Counted from the first letter of the stretch, positions 27,593-37,433 are shown. The stretch is 52,200 nt of DNA from Candidatus Yonathbacteria bacterium RIFCSPLOWO2_01_FULL_47_33b (GCA_001823575.1 MHUW01000019.1:1-52200), one strand, 5' to 3'. The notes: generated from the letters alone by a model not told the origin. Made by a program: numbers and translations.

Positions 27593-27901
27593 TTAGTACA
27601 ACTTGTTTTTCAAACTAATCACATAGTCAAGGTCTTTGTGTGTGAGTTTTTGTGTCTTTTTTATAATTGCATGCAAGATAATCGCTTCTTCATTTTTAAA
27701 AATAAAGAATATTCTTATATTATTTACCCCAATTACCCGTAATTCAAATATACCAGCAGAAATATTTTTTGTATGCGGGTAGCGAATCGTGTGACCATAT
27801 TTTTCCAAAAGACCGATTGATTTATTGATTTTCCCTACAGAAATATCATCAAGACTAAAAAGAAAATCGTACATCTCCGAGAAAAGGAAATTAATCTTCA
27901 T
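27593..27901 (-). CDS. RelE/HigB (Gp49-like) toxin
   Basis: GIFELR, IRIFF, LHAIIKKTQK. Confidence 0.85.
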   Translation of the reverse strand: MKINFLFSEMYDFLFSLDDISVGKINKSIGLLEKYGHTIRYPHTKNISAGIFELRVIGVNNIRIFFIFKNEEAIILHAIIKKTQKLTHKDLDYVISLKNKLY

Positions 27902-28464
27902 ATCTGTGAGCTCACCATGCGCTGTTTTGAACGATTTGACAAGAATTTGTAAGTGAGAGAAATAAGATTTGCTATGAATAAAAACCCCGTTACGTACAAA
28001 CTAAACACTATATATCCTAACCCTCCAAGAAGTATCCCTAAACCGCCAACCCCCTCCACCACACCAGCCAATCCTACTAATAAAAGGAACACTAAAAAAA
28101 TAACTACCAATACTGCTCCTATTTTTTTAAAAAGAAGGGCAACCCTTTTAAGATAATCCTCATAAGATAGAGCCTCTTTAATTTTTTGTTTTACAATAAC
28201 TTCTTGCATTTGATTTAATTCCTCTGCTGAAATATATCGGGGTGATATTTTCTTAACTAACAAAAAACAGAGTAAAAATACTAATGAAAAAATTATTGAG
28301 ATGACGCCAGGAACGGCAAATAAAACAAAAATGTCATTGTTTAATAACCAAAAAATAATGGCTGCTACCAGTGAAAGAACCCCTACTACAATAAAAAATA
28401 CTGATAAAAATTTCAGAAAGGATTGCACGTAGTATGCTATTTTCTTCCCTATCATATTATTCAT
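27898..28464 (-). CDS. Hypothetical membrane protein (4 TM)
   Basis: AT-rich ORF overlapping both neighbours. Confidence 0.6.
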   Translation of the reverse strand: MNNMIGKKIAYYVQSFLKFLSVFFIVVGVLSLVAAIIFWLLNNDIFVLFAVPGVISIIFSLVFLLCFLLVKKISPRYISAEELNQMQEVIVKQKIKEALSYEDYLKRVALLFKKIGAVLVVIFLVFLLLVGLAGVVEGVGGLGILLGGLGYIVFSLYVTGFLFIANLISLTYKFLSNRSKQRMVSSQI

Positions 28465-29326
28465 GCTCGCTCATGATTTGTCCGCCCAGGGTGCGGAGCT
28501 CGACCATGGCGTTTGCGCCTTGTTCTTTATTGGGTGGGTTGCCGTGCCATTTGTAGTCACGCTGGAACATCTCGACCCCCTTGCCCGGAATCGTGTGCGC
28601 GATGATGACTGAGGGCTTTTCAAAAATTGCGCGGGCTTGGTCAACAGCATCAACGATTGATTCCATGTTGTGGCCATCTATCTCGAGCACGTGCCAGCCG
28701 AAAGCAGCCAACTTGAGGGCGAGGGGCTCGAGGGGCATTATGTTTTCCGTAAAGCCGTCAATCTGAATATTGTTGCGGTCGACGATAGCGACAAGGTTGT
28801 GGAGTTTTTCTTTTCCGGCAAGCATTGCTGCCTCCCACACCTGCCCCTCGTTGAGCTCACCATCACCAAGGAAACAATACACCGTTCTATTTGAGTTGTG
28901 CCCGCGGTCGAGGCGGTCAACGAGTGCCATACCGACTGCTTGCGAAAGTCCTTGTCCGAGGGGTCCTGAACTTGTTTCGAGCATAGGTAACCATTCACGA
29001 TGTGGATGACCCTGCAAACGCGAGCCAAACTTACGAAGTGTTTTTAATTCTTCGACGGGGAAATACCCGGCATGTGCCATCACCGCGTAGAGCACGGGGC
29101 AAATGTGGCCATTAGAAAGTACTACACGGTCGCGCTCCTCCCAGGTGGGATTCTTAGGGTCTTGTTTGAGAATATGAAAATAGAAAGCAGTAAAAATATC
29201 TGCCATGCCGAGCGGCCCCGCCGTGTGCCCGCTCTTTGCCTCGACCAGCGACTCGACAATCGACGTGCGAATCTCGAGCGCCTTTTCTTCAAGGAATTTT
29301 GTTTTATCGTCGTGAAGGTGTGCCAT
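28457..29326 (-). CDS. Transketolase, N-terminal (ThDP-binding) subunit
   Basis: SGH, LSNGH, LQGHP, GPLGQG, GDGE..EG.VWE, WHG. Confidence 0.93.
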   Translation of the reverse strand: MAHLHDDKTKFLEEKALEIRTSIVESLVEAKSGHTAGPLGMADIFTAFYFHILKQDPKNPTWEERDRVVLSNGHICPVLYAVMAHAGYFPVEELKTLRKFGSRLQGHPHREWLPMLETSSGPLGQGLSQAVGMALVDRLDRGHNSNRTVYCFLGDGELNEGQVWEAAMLAGKEKLHNLVAIVDRNNIQIDGFTENIMPLEPLALKLAAFGWHVLEIDGHNMESIVDAVDQARAIFEKPSVIIAHTIPGKGVEMFQRDYKWHGNPPNKEQGANAMVELRTLGGQIMSEHE

Positions 29327-29379
29327 CGGGTTAGTTGTTTAGTTGTTAGCCACTAGCGGCTAGTGGCTAATCATTGTTC

Positions 29380-30048
29380 CTATTGTACCAAATCTTTTAA
29401 CTTCATGACAGCCTCGCGCACGTCCCCACTCTCGAGTATTGCCGAGCCGGAAACCAGACGTGTCGCACCAGCCTCGACAAGGCGCTTTGCGGTCTCGAAA
29501 TTGACCGCACCATCAACGCTGATAGAAAGTTTTGGGCGCAATGCGCGAATAGCACGAATGTGCTCAAGGACACGTTCGTCAAAAGCTTCCCCCTGAAAAC
29601 CAATACGCGCGATACCCATACACTGAATGAACTCCACGCGGTCGAGATATGGCTCGATGGCAGATATCGGCGTCGTGGTGTTGATGGCAAGGCCAAGCGA
29701 GACCAAACTCGGTACCGCAGAGCGAATGATCTCAAACTCCTGCATAGACTCCACATGCACAATAATGCGCCGTGCGCCTGCCGCAACCCACTTGGCAACC
29801 CATGCCTCAGGGTCCCCTATCATGAGGTCGACTTCAAAATCAAGATCCTCCCAATGAGGCATACCCTGCTCCTCCTTAACGATTGCATCAAAAAAAGAAT
29901 CGTGAGGGTACGGCCAGGTGCGACTCGGCACAAATTTGCCGTCCATGATGTCGAGCTGTACCAAGGGTACGACACCAACAAAGAGACCCATCGTCCCCGA
30001 AAGGTCGTTGTAGTCGCGTGGCATAATAGCAGGAATAATTTCAATCAT
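29380..30048 (-). CDS. rpe: Ribulose-phosphate 3-epimerase family
   Basis: DIMDGKFVP, GFQG, VDGAV, LVSGSAI; context with tkt and rpiB. Confidence 0.85.
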   Translation of the reverse strand: MIEIIPAIMPRDYNDLSGTMGLFVGVVPLVQLDIMDGKFVPSRTWPYPHDSFFDAIVKEEQGMPHWEDLDFEVDLMIGDPEAWVAKWVAAGARRIIVHVESMQEFEIIRSAVPSLVSLGLAINTTTPISAIEPYLDRVEFIQCMGIARIGFQGEAFDERVLEHIRAIRALRPKLSISVDGAVNFETAKRLVEAGATRLVSGSAILESGDVREAVMKLKDLVQ

Positions 30049-30052
30049 AAGA

Positions 30053-30493
30053 TTAAGCGTCAATTTCCCCTATACGTCGAGCATGTTTTTCATCGCTACT
30101 AAAAGGTGTTTCGAGCCATAGACGTACTGCTTCTCGTGCTTCATCCTCATCAACAAAGCGTGCGCCGAGAGAGAGAATGTTTGCATCGTTATGCTCACGC
30201 GAGAGAACAACGATATCAAAAGGTCCGCCGTAGTACACTGCTGCGCGCACCCCAGGAACACGGTTGGCACACATCGCCTCTCCTTGCCCTGACCCACCAA
30301 GAATGATACCGCGCGACTCTGGGTTCAGTGCAACCGCCTCGGCAACTGGCCGAATAAAATCTGGATAATCATCGAGCGCCTCGAACGAACGCGCGCCCAT
30401 ATCCTCCACTTCATGCCCAAGCTCTTTCAAAAACGGCACGAGTGCCTCTTTGAGCTCAAACCCTGCGTGATCGGTGCCGATATAGATTTTCAT
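30053..30493 (-). CDS. rpiB: Ribose-5-phosphate isomerase B
   Basis: DHAG, DDYPD, GSGQG, SREHNDAN, HARR. Confidence 0.9.
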   Translation of the reverse strand: MKIYIGTDHAGFELKEALVPFLKELGHEVEDMGARSFEALDDYPDFIRPVAEAVALNPESRGIILGGSGQGEAMCANRVPGVRAAVYYGGPFDIVVLSREHNDANILSLGARFVDEDEAREAVRLWLETPFSSDEKHARRIGEIDA

Positions 30494-30496
30494 TGT

Positions 30497-31543
30497 TTAT
30501 TCAAGGAACCCTGCAACACGAACAACGTGCTGTACGAGGGTATTCGTGTAGCCCATTTCGTTATCGTACCATGACATTACTTTCACGAGATTGCCATCTA
30601 CAACGCGTGTTAGTTCAAGGTCTGCAATGGCGCCATAAAGTTGTCCGATAACATCAGACGATACAATAGGCTCATCTGTCACCGTAAAAATACCTTCCCA
30701 TCGTGGATCCTTTGCAGCATCACGGAGAATCTGATTTACTTCCTCTACTGAAGTGTTTCGCTTTGCAATAAAAGTAATGTCGGCAACAGAGCCCGCAACT
30801 ACCGGTACGCGCACCGCAATACCGTCAAACTTTCCTACAAGACTTGGCACTGCCTCGGTCACGGCAATGGCCGCACCCGTTGAACCGGGAACCATATTTT
30901 GCGCTGCGGCGCGTCCTCCACGAAAATCCTTACCGCCAGGGCCATCAACGATTTTTTGCGTACCTGTGTATGCATGTGTCGTATTCAAAATCGCCTTCTC
31001 AATACCAATCGTCTCATTTAAAATGCAGATAAGTGGTGATGCAGCGTTCGTGGTACATGAAGCATTCGAGGAAATCTGAGCAGTAGCGAGCTTTTCGTCA
31101 TTGATACCCATAAGCACCGTGACGCCCGTGATACCTGGCGCATCCTCTCCTTTCACTGGTGCAGTAATGACCACGCGCTTTGCACCAGCATCCAGATGTA
31201 CTTTTGATTTTTCGTAGCTTGTATAAAAACCAGTAGACTCAACAACTACATCGATATCATACTTGCCCCAAGGGAGCTTGGTTGCATCTTTTTCCTGTAC
31301 GAGGATTACCTTTTCTCCGTCAACGATAAAGCCTGGCTCCACACCATCAGATGCCGGCACGACCGTCACATCAAAATCAGCCTTGCCGTACGCGGTATCG
31401 TACTTGAGGAGGTACGCCATGTTCTCAGGATCACCAAGGTCATTCACCGCCACAATCTCAAGTTCGGGTCGCGTGCGTGCGAGTTTATAAAACGCGCGTC
31501 CAATGCGCCCAAATCCGTTAATAGCTACGCGTACTTTTTTCAT
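30497..31543 (-). CDS. gap: Glyceraldehyde-3-phosphate dehydrogenase type I
   Basis: INGFGRIGR, SNASCTTN, STGAA, WYDNE. Confidence 0.97.
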   Translation of the reverse strand: MKKVRVAINGFGRIGRAFYKLARTRPELEIVAVNDLGDPENMAYLLKYDTAYGKADFDVTVVPASDGVEPGFIVDGEKVILVQEKDATKLPWGKYDIDVVVESTGFYTSYEKSKVHLDAGAKRVVITAPVKGEDAPGITGVTVLMGINDEKLATAQISSNASCTTNAASPLICILNETIGIEKAILNTTHAYTGTQKIVDGPGGKDFRGGRAAAQNMVPGSTGAAIAVTEAVPSLVGKFDGIAVRVPVVAGSVADITFIAKRNTSVEEVNQILRDAAKDPRWEGIFTVTDEPIVSSDVIGQLYGAIADLELTRVVDGNLVKVMSWYDNEMGYTNTLVQHVVRVAGFLE

Positions 31544-31628
31544 AATGCTTTCCGTGGTTATCAATTAGTAAATGTGCGTATATTTTATCACAATTTAGTA
31601 AAAAACACGCAATTGCGTGTTTTTATCC

Positions 31629-31889
31629 CTATGAATATAGTTCGCTATGGCTGCCAATATCAACAAACTCGATATGCTCACTATCTATTTCTTCGAAAAC
31701 CGCGCGAATGTCGCCGGTAACATTGATACTTCTGCACCCGACCCATTTACCACCGAGTGCATGATTATTAAGCAATGAGTAATGTGGGTCTTTTATAAAC
31801 AAAGTAAGCCTTTCATAAAATTTTTCTTTTATCACTTCTGACTGTTTACGAAGCATCTTTTTAAACACACGACTGTAGGTAATGACCAT
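31629..31889 (-). CDS. YafQ/RelE family toxin
   Basis: LNNHAL.G, SINVTGDIR, DIGSHSELY. Confidence 0.88.
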   Translation of the reverse strand: MVITYSRVFKKMLRKQSEVIKEKFYERLTLFIKDPHYSLLNNHALGGKWVGCRSINVTGDIRAVFEEIDSEHIEFVDIGSHSELYS

Positions 31890-31904
31890 AATTAAATGGG
31901 CAAA

Positions 31905-32174
31905 CTAGGAGCGAAGAGACTTTATCATGCTTTCAGCGTTATGGAATGGCCCAACAGACTTTCCTTGCGCACGTTCACAACGAGCAGACTCGATAGATTT
32001 CTTGAGTCTTGCTGACGGCTCCAAAACCGAAAACGAAACTGTTTTGCTTCGAGCTAAATTCTTTAGTGACGCATTGATAATCGCAGACAAAGAAAACCCA
32101 AGCTCATCAGCAACCTTTTGCGCCTCCTTTTTTACCTTAGGGTCTATTTTGATGTTAAGTACCGCTGTTTTCAT
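31905..32174 (-). CDS. RelB/DinJ family antitoxin
   Basis: LNIKID..VK.EAQ.VA.ELG.SLS.II; upstream of toxin. Confidence 0.88.
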   Translation of the reverse strand: MKTAVLNIKIDPKVKKEAQKVADELGFSLSAIINASLKNLARSKTVSFSVLEPSARLKKSIESARCERAQGKSVGPFHNAESMIKSLRS

Positions 32175-32176
32175 AT

Positions 32177-32212
32177 ATGACAAAGTATATACTTTGTCAT
32201 TATTACTGTCAA
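32177..32212 (-). promoter_or_regulatory. Promoter and perfect 24-bp palindromic operator of dinJ-yafQ-like operon
   Basis: TTGACA-17-TATACT; ATGACAAAGTATATACTTTGTCAT. Confidence 0.8.
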
Positions 32213-32224
32213 TCGCAATTACCT

Positions 32225-33637
32225 CTACCTTAACGCCTCTTCAAAGAGTGTTTTGAGGGTTGCGGGGTTTCCGGAACCTTTTGATGCTTTCATTCCCTGC
32301 CCTACAAAAAATTGCAGGAGTGCGACTTTGCCCGCCTTGTAGTCAGTAGCAACCGTAGGGTTCGCAGAAATTACCTCAGCGACGATAGCTTTCAGCGCAT
32401 CAACATCATTTTTCTGGATGAAGCCATTTTTTTCGGCAATGGTACGAGGTGCGCCACCTTCGGCATACATAATAGCAAGCGTGTCCTTTGCCCCACGCGA
32501 AGAGAGGTCGCCGAGTTTAATCATGGTTATGAGGTCCGCAAGGGTAAGGCCTGTTATTCCTCCGATGGTGCCGGTGTTTTTCATAAGCCCCACCAAATCA
32601 GAGGTGATGTAGTTTTCAATAAGTGCACTTGAAGGGCGGTCGCCACCTATCGCATTTACCGCATCTTCAAAAAGACCACCGATAAGTGCATCGGCAACAA
32701 ATGCCTCTGCATTCTCAGGCTTCACCCCAAACTCGCGCACCAACCGATGACGTTTTTCCCAAGGAAGCTCAGGCATCGTTGCCAATAGTGCTTCGTGTGA
32801 AAATTCAGGAATTTCGCTGATTTTTAATTTTGGTAAATCAGGGTCAGGGAAATAGCGATAATCGTGTGCACTTTCTTTTTTACGCTGTGAGAAGGTAACC
32901 TGTTTGGTTTCATCCCATCCGCGCGTTTCCTGTACAATCTCACCCGGACCGCCGTCGAGAATCTTTGTCATACGCTCTACCTCAAACGCAATGGCGCGTT
33001 CAACGGAACGGAATGAGTTCAAGTTTTTCACCTCAACTTTCGTGCCGAGGTCATCGGTCTTTGATATTGAAATATTCGCCTCGACACGCATCTCGCCTTT
33101 TTCCATATTCGCATCAGATACACCGAGCGTGCGAAGCAAGAGTTGCAACTCCCTTGCAAACGCACTCGCCTCTTCGGCGGTCTTGATGGTTGGTGTCGTC
33201 ACGAGCTCCATCAAGGGCACACCCGCGCGATTGTAGTCGACAAGACTTCCTGCGCTCCCCTCATGTGAAGAGCTTGCGGTATCCTCCTCAAGATGCACAC
33301 GCTCAAGAGCGATGCCATTTAAAACACCACCCGAAACAAGCGGGTATTTGTACTGACTGATCTGGTACCCCTTTGGGATGTCGGGGTAAAAATAATTCTT
33401 GCGATCAAACTCCGTAAAATCCGCGAGCTTGCTCCCGAGCGCTGTACCAACACGCAAAACATGCTTCACCGCCTCGCGGTTGATAACCGGCAATGTACCC
33501 GGGTGCGCCATACACACAGGACAAATATTCACATTCGGCTCTGCGTTAAAAGGGTCGTTCGCAGAATTGCAGAACATTTTTGTCTTTGTTTTCAGCTCGG
33601 CATGAACCTCCAGCCCAACCGTCAGTTTGTAACTCAT
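32225..33637 (-). CDS. gatB: Asp/Glu-tRNA amidotransferase subunit B
   Basis: GLEVHAEL, RKNYFYPD, DYNRAGVPLME, EVKNLNSF, DYRYFPDPD. Confidence 0.97.
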   Translation of the reverse strand: MSYKLTVGLEVHAELKTKTKMFCNSANDPFNAEPNVNICPVCMAHPGTLPVINREAVKHVLRVGTALGSKLADFTEFDRKNYFYPDIPKGYQISQYKYPLVSGGVLNGIALERVHLEEDTASSSHEGSAGSLVDYNRAGVPLMELVTTPTIKTAEEASAFARELQLLLRTLGVSDANMEKGEMRVEANISISKTDDLGTKVEVKNLNSFRSVERAIAFEVERMTKILDGGPGEIVQETRGWDETKQVTFSQRKKESAHDYRYFPDPDLPKLKISEIPEFSHEALLATMPELPWEKRHRLVREFGVKPENAEAFVADALIGGLFEDAVNAIGGDRPSSALIENYITSDLVGLMKNTGTIGGITGLTLADLITMIKLGDLSSRGAKDTLAIMYAEGGAPRTIAEKNGFIQKNDVDALKAIVAEVISANPTVATDYKAGKVALLQFFVGQGMKASKGSGNPATLKTLFEEALR

Positions 33638-33723
33638 ATAAAGGGGAGTATAGCACAGAAATATGAAGGTTTCAGCCCTCAAAAGAGCACTAAATAGCTA
33701 ACATTACAACACATCTGCCATCC

Positions 33724-33742
33724 GCGAAGGACGGTCCTTCGC
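33724..33742. repeat. REP-like palindrome
   Basis: GCGAAGGACGGTCCTTCGC; same core as 48021-48076 arms. Confidence 0.5.
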
Positions 33743-33748
33743 AAGTTT

Positions 33749-34318
33749 CTATGCAGACAATTCAGAAAGGTACACGAAAAAATAACCGCCAATCCATAAC
33801 AGGGCAATAATGAGAGTGATCCACAACATAACCTGTTTAAGAGAAGGCTCGTTACTACCCTTCCATTTTAGGAACATTTTTGCTGTAAAATAATACGCTC
33901 CCATATAGACAAGCAGCCAGGTAGGTTGCTCGAAGAAATAATCTTTGCCGCTTACTTCGTAACGCGTGGTTGCGTCTTCAAAGTATCCAAAATAGGGTGA
34001 GTACGATATCCATACCTGCAATAAGGTAAAGTATATAAGACTCATAATTACCACTCTGTTCGGATTCTCTGCAGAAAGAATTTTCTTCCTCAATATCATT
34101 GATGATACGAGCATAGCAAAAAATCCAGCCACCGCAATAAGCCTTAATCCTTGCCAAAAATCAGCGAAGAAAAAGCCAAAAAAATTTCCAAAAGGAAGTC
34201 CTAGGAGTTGCAGAACCAGTGAAAAAACTAGAAAACTCACTATAAACAAGAAAAAGTGCTGGAACCCTACCCACACAGGAGAATCTTTACCTACTATCTC
34301 AGTATTTAATATTGCCAT
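33749..34318 (-). CDS. Hypothetical membrane protein
   Basis: About five hydrophobic segments; flanked by palindromes. Confidence 0.6.
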   Translation of the reverse strand: MAILNTEIVGKDSPVWVGFQHFFLFIVSFLVFSLVLQLLGLPFGNFFGFFFADFWQGLRLIAVAGFFAMLVSSMILRKKILSAENPNRVVIMSLIYFTLLQVWISYSPYFGYFEDATTRYEVSGKDYFFEQPTWLLVYMGAYYFTAKMFLKWKGSNEPSLKQVMLWITLIIALLWIGGYFFVYLSELSA

Positions 34319-34414
34319 ATGTTAATTATACATCTTTGCGATCAAACCCCAAGGTCTGGTCTCACCTTGATTAAGCAAAACAATTTCATATGGGGATACC
34401 CTATATGAAAACCC

Positions 34415-35398
34415 TTAGGCTGCTGCTTTGAGAAGCTTCAGAAGTTCATCTTGGAATGACTTCATGACCTCGTCGTCAATAATCGAAATGGCAAACAATT
34501 GAGCAGTGTTGGGGTGTGCTTTTTTCATTGCCGCAGAAACTTCCTGCACGCGTTCGGGAGTTACCATATCGGTCTTGCTGAGAATAATGATTTCCTGTTT
34601 TTCTGCAAGCTCCTTGTCGTAGGCGGCGAGTTCTTTGCGTACCGTCTCATACACCGCGAGAGGATCTTCGTTTTCGAGGGACACTAAGTGCGCGAGCATC
34701 TTGGTGCGCTTCACATGACGGAGGAACTTATGACCGAGACCGCGACCTTCTGATGCACCTTCAATGAGCCCTGGAATGTCCGCAATAATAAAACCGAAAC
34801 ATTCACCGAGGTTTGGCTCGAGGGTGGTAAAGGCATAGTCGGCAGTCTTTGCGCTGGCGCGCGTGAGGGTGTTAAGCAAGCTTGATTTGCCAGCGTTGGG
34901 CAAACCAACGAGCCCGAGGTCAGCAACAATCTGAAGTTCGATTTCAAACTCTGCTTCAAAACCTTTCGTGCCAGGAATATGCTCCTTGGGCGAGCGGTTG
35001 ATTGAGGTTTTGAAATGCTCGTTGCCGTAGCCACCGCGACCACCCTTGAGGACCATTACTTTCTCCCCTTCTTTCAAAAGCGAAACTTCTTCGCCCGTAC
35101 GCATGTTGCGCACAATAGAACCGATAGGAAGATCGAGAATAAAATCATCACCGTTCTTGCCGTGAAGACTGTCGCTACCGCCGTCACCGCCACGCTCTGC
35201 GAAGAATTCTTTCTGATGGCGATATTTAATGAGAATATGCACGTCGCGAATAGCACGTACGTACACGTCTCCACCGTGACCACCGTCACCGCCCGAAGGA
35301 CCGGCAAATTCCTTGCCTTTTTCGTGCTTCCAACGCTCAACGCCGTTTCCGCCGTCGCCCGCTTTCATATAAATACTGAGTTCGTCGATAAATGCCAT
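34415..35398 (-). CDS. obg: GTPase Obg/CgtA
   Basis: Gly-rich OBG domain, GLPNAGKS, YAFTTL, DIPG, SKTD. Confidence 0.96.
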   Translation of the reverse strand: MAFIDELSIYMKAGDGGNGVERWKHEKGKEFAGPSGGDGGHGGDVYVRAIRDVHILIKYRHQKEFFAERGGDGGSDSLHGKNGDDFILDLPIGSIVRNMRTGEEVSLLKEGEKVMVLKGGRGGYGNEHFKTSINRSPKEHIPGTKGFEAEFEIELQIVADLGLVGLPNAGKSSLLNTLTRASAKTADYAFTTLEPNLGECFGFIIADIPGLIEGASEGRGLGHKFLRHVKRTKMLAHLVSLENEDPLAVYETVRKELAAYDKELAEKQEIIILSKTDMVTPERVQEVSAAMKKAHPNTAQLFAISIIDDEVMKSFQDELLKLLKAAA

Positions 35399-35407
35399 AA
35401 AATAGTT

Positions 35408-35580
35408 AAAAGTCTTAAAGTCGAAAGTCTATAAAGTCACTCAAATTCATGAGCTTCCTGACTTAATTGAATAGAAATATAAAATAACACAAAAAACACT
35501 TCTTCGCAATCCCTGGATGGATTCAATGCACTTATTCCTGTATTCACTTTCGACTTTGCGGACTTTATAGACTTTCGACT
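35408..35580. repeat. Degenerate element bounded by inverted arrays of AAAGTC units
   Basis: 35419-35438 is the perfect 20-bp reverse complement of 35561-35580. Confidence 0.65.
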
Positions 35581-36470
35581 GCGAGCTTCGCGAGCATTAA
35601 CGCTCCTTCTCTGGATCCAGCAACCGCAATGAAGCGCTTGTTGTGACAAAAGATTGCGTCGGGTACGCCTGAAGCGTCTGCGAGCTCTTGATCGCGCTTG
35701 CCTGCCCACGACACGGGGAGGTCTTTTCTATTTTTAAATGCATGCACATCACTGCGCACCGTCTCAACCTTCCACTTGCCGGTATTACCTCGGTCGGGTT
35801 TTACCACATAGAGTGGCTCTGATTTTGAACCAAGTGCCTCGTACCATGGATAGTGATCCTCGAGGACGATAATGCGTTTGTCTTCCGCTTTTTCGTATGC
35901 CTCTTCCGCACGGTGTTTCCCCTCTTCTTCGGCACATGCACGGACAATCTCGCGCGCAAGCATTTTCTTTGCCATTTCAAATGCCTCAAAAAAACCTTCG
36001 TCCTCGGTGCGGTCCTCGTTCCATGCAGGACGAAACGCACTAATCGCATCATGAATCAAAAGTGGCGCTACGGCACCAATAATCGAAAATGTTTCGATAC
36101 CATTGTCCCCCGCATCAATAGGCTGCACCAAGCGCTCGTCGAGCATGCGTGCGGCATATGCCGAGTGGGTCAAGCTTTCTCCGTATTCTTTCCACACGAG
36201 CCCAATTGATGAGTACGGAATGCCATTCTCGCGCACTCCGGCTCCGCCCATTTGATGATGGTCAAAACGCCCTATCTTTGGGTCGTATATACCTCCCACG
36301 TCCACCACATAGTCGCCCGTCGCCCAGACCTCGGGGTCGCGACTGCGTGCTATCTCTACGGCGCCGTCGTTCAAAAGAGCGAGTGTCGCGCACGCAAAAA
36401 CCTCATCAGTGTGGAAATTACCGCTGTGGGTTACTATCTTTTTCAAGTTTTTGGTGTTCTCGTCGTTCAT
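35565..36470 (-). CDS. MYG1 family protein
   Basis: THSG.FH.DE, DVGG.YD...FDHHQ, IDAGDNG, FCH...F. Confidence 0.92.
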   Translation of the reverse strand: MNDENTKNLKKIVTHSGNFHTDEVFACATLALLNDGAVEIARSRDPEVWATGDYVVDVGGIYDPKIGRFDHHQMGGAGVRENGIPYSSIGLVWKEYGESLTHSAYAARMLDERLVQPIDAGDNGIETFSIIGAVAPLLIHDAISAFRPAWNEDRTEDEGFFEAFEMAKKMLAREIVRACAEEEGKHRAEEAYEKAEDKRIIVLEDHYPWYEALGSKSEPLYVVKPDRGNTGKWKVETVRSDVHAFKNRKDLPVSWAGKRDQELADASGVPDAIFCHNKRFIAVAGSREGALMLAKLAVESL

Positions 36471-37043
36471 AATAAAGAGTCAAGAGCTTCTGAAGTAAAA
36501 TGAATGCTACCACGAAAACGACAATCAACAAAGCGAACCGCGATGCATTACGCGTAATATGAACCGCGGCATAACCAAAAAAGTGTCCCACGGCGAGGTA
36601 CAATGACACCCAAAGAATCGACGCAAAAAACTCTGCGCGCAAGAAAAGTTCAAACTTCACCTTGAGCACCCCCGACATAATAACCGTTGCGCGGTTTGCT
36701 CCATAAATGAATTTTGAAAAGAATATGGACTTGAACGGCCGTTCTCGAAAACGCGGCAAGAAATACGTAATGGCTCTCTCTGCCCAAGAAATCGTTCTCT
36801 GAGCAAAGGCTTTGTCTTTAAGTATCGAGCCGAGGTAGTACCACAGCACATTTCCCAGGACGACACCCAGGAGCGATATCCAAAATACGTCACCGACTCA
36901 AACGCCTCGAGGTTGGCGAGCATCCCCGCAATAATCAGAAAAATCTCCCCTTCAAGCAACATTGCCAAAAACAAAATAAAATACCCCGTGTAGCGGTGTA
37001 TTTCAACAAAAGAAATAATATGTTCGATGGTGAGGTTTTCCAT
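36418..37043 (-). pseudogene. DedA family protein with single-base frameshift near 36898 (pseudogene or sequence error)
   Basis: LEGE..LIIAG in one frame; GNVLWYYLG and SKFIYG.R in the adjacent frame. Confidence 0.8.
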
Positions 37044-37070
37044 AAAAAACACTGATGCGCACAAATGAAG

Positions 37071-37421
37071 CTATTCGTCGTCGCGGTCTTTCAAAAGGAA
37101 ACCGACAAGGACGCTCACTACGGACATTGCGAGGGCGCCCAAAAATGCTGCGGTAAAGTTTGCGACTTCAAATCCTTCCACAAAATTTCCGATACCCCAA
37201 AAGAGGAGGGCGTTCACCACGAACGAAAAAAGTCCAAGCGTGAGAATCGTTATAGGAAGAAGCACCATAAGGATGATTGGTCGCACGATGAGGTTCGCCA
37301 ACCCCCAAAAGAATGCAACGAGAAGCGCCGTACTAAACGAAGCGATAGCGATGCCCGGAATAAAGCTCGGGAGGGCAAGGAGGGCAAGGGCGACGATAAT
37401 CCATTTAGCAATGAGGCGCAT
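37071..37421 (-). CDS. 4-TM phage-holin-like membrane protein (YvlD type)
   Basis: NLIVRP..LPITILTLGLF..VVNA. Confidence 0.85.
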   Translation of the reverse strand: MRLIAKWIIVALALLALPSFIPGIAIASFSTALLVAFFWGLANLIVRPIILMVLLPITILTLGLFSFVVNALLFWGIGNFVEGFEVANFTAAFLGALAMSVVSVLVGFLLKDRDDE

Positions 37422-37433
37422 AGTTAGTATGTT

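Noticed and set aside
37071-37421. Holin as evidence of a prophage
   Set aside because: YvlD-type membrane gene within a housekeeping operon; no phage genes in the window
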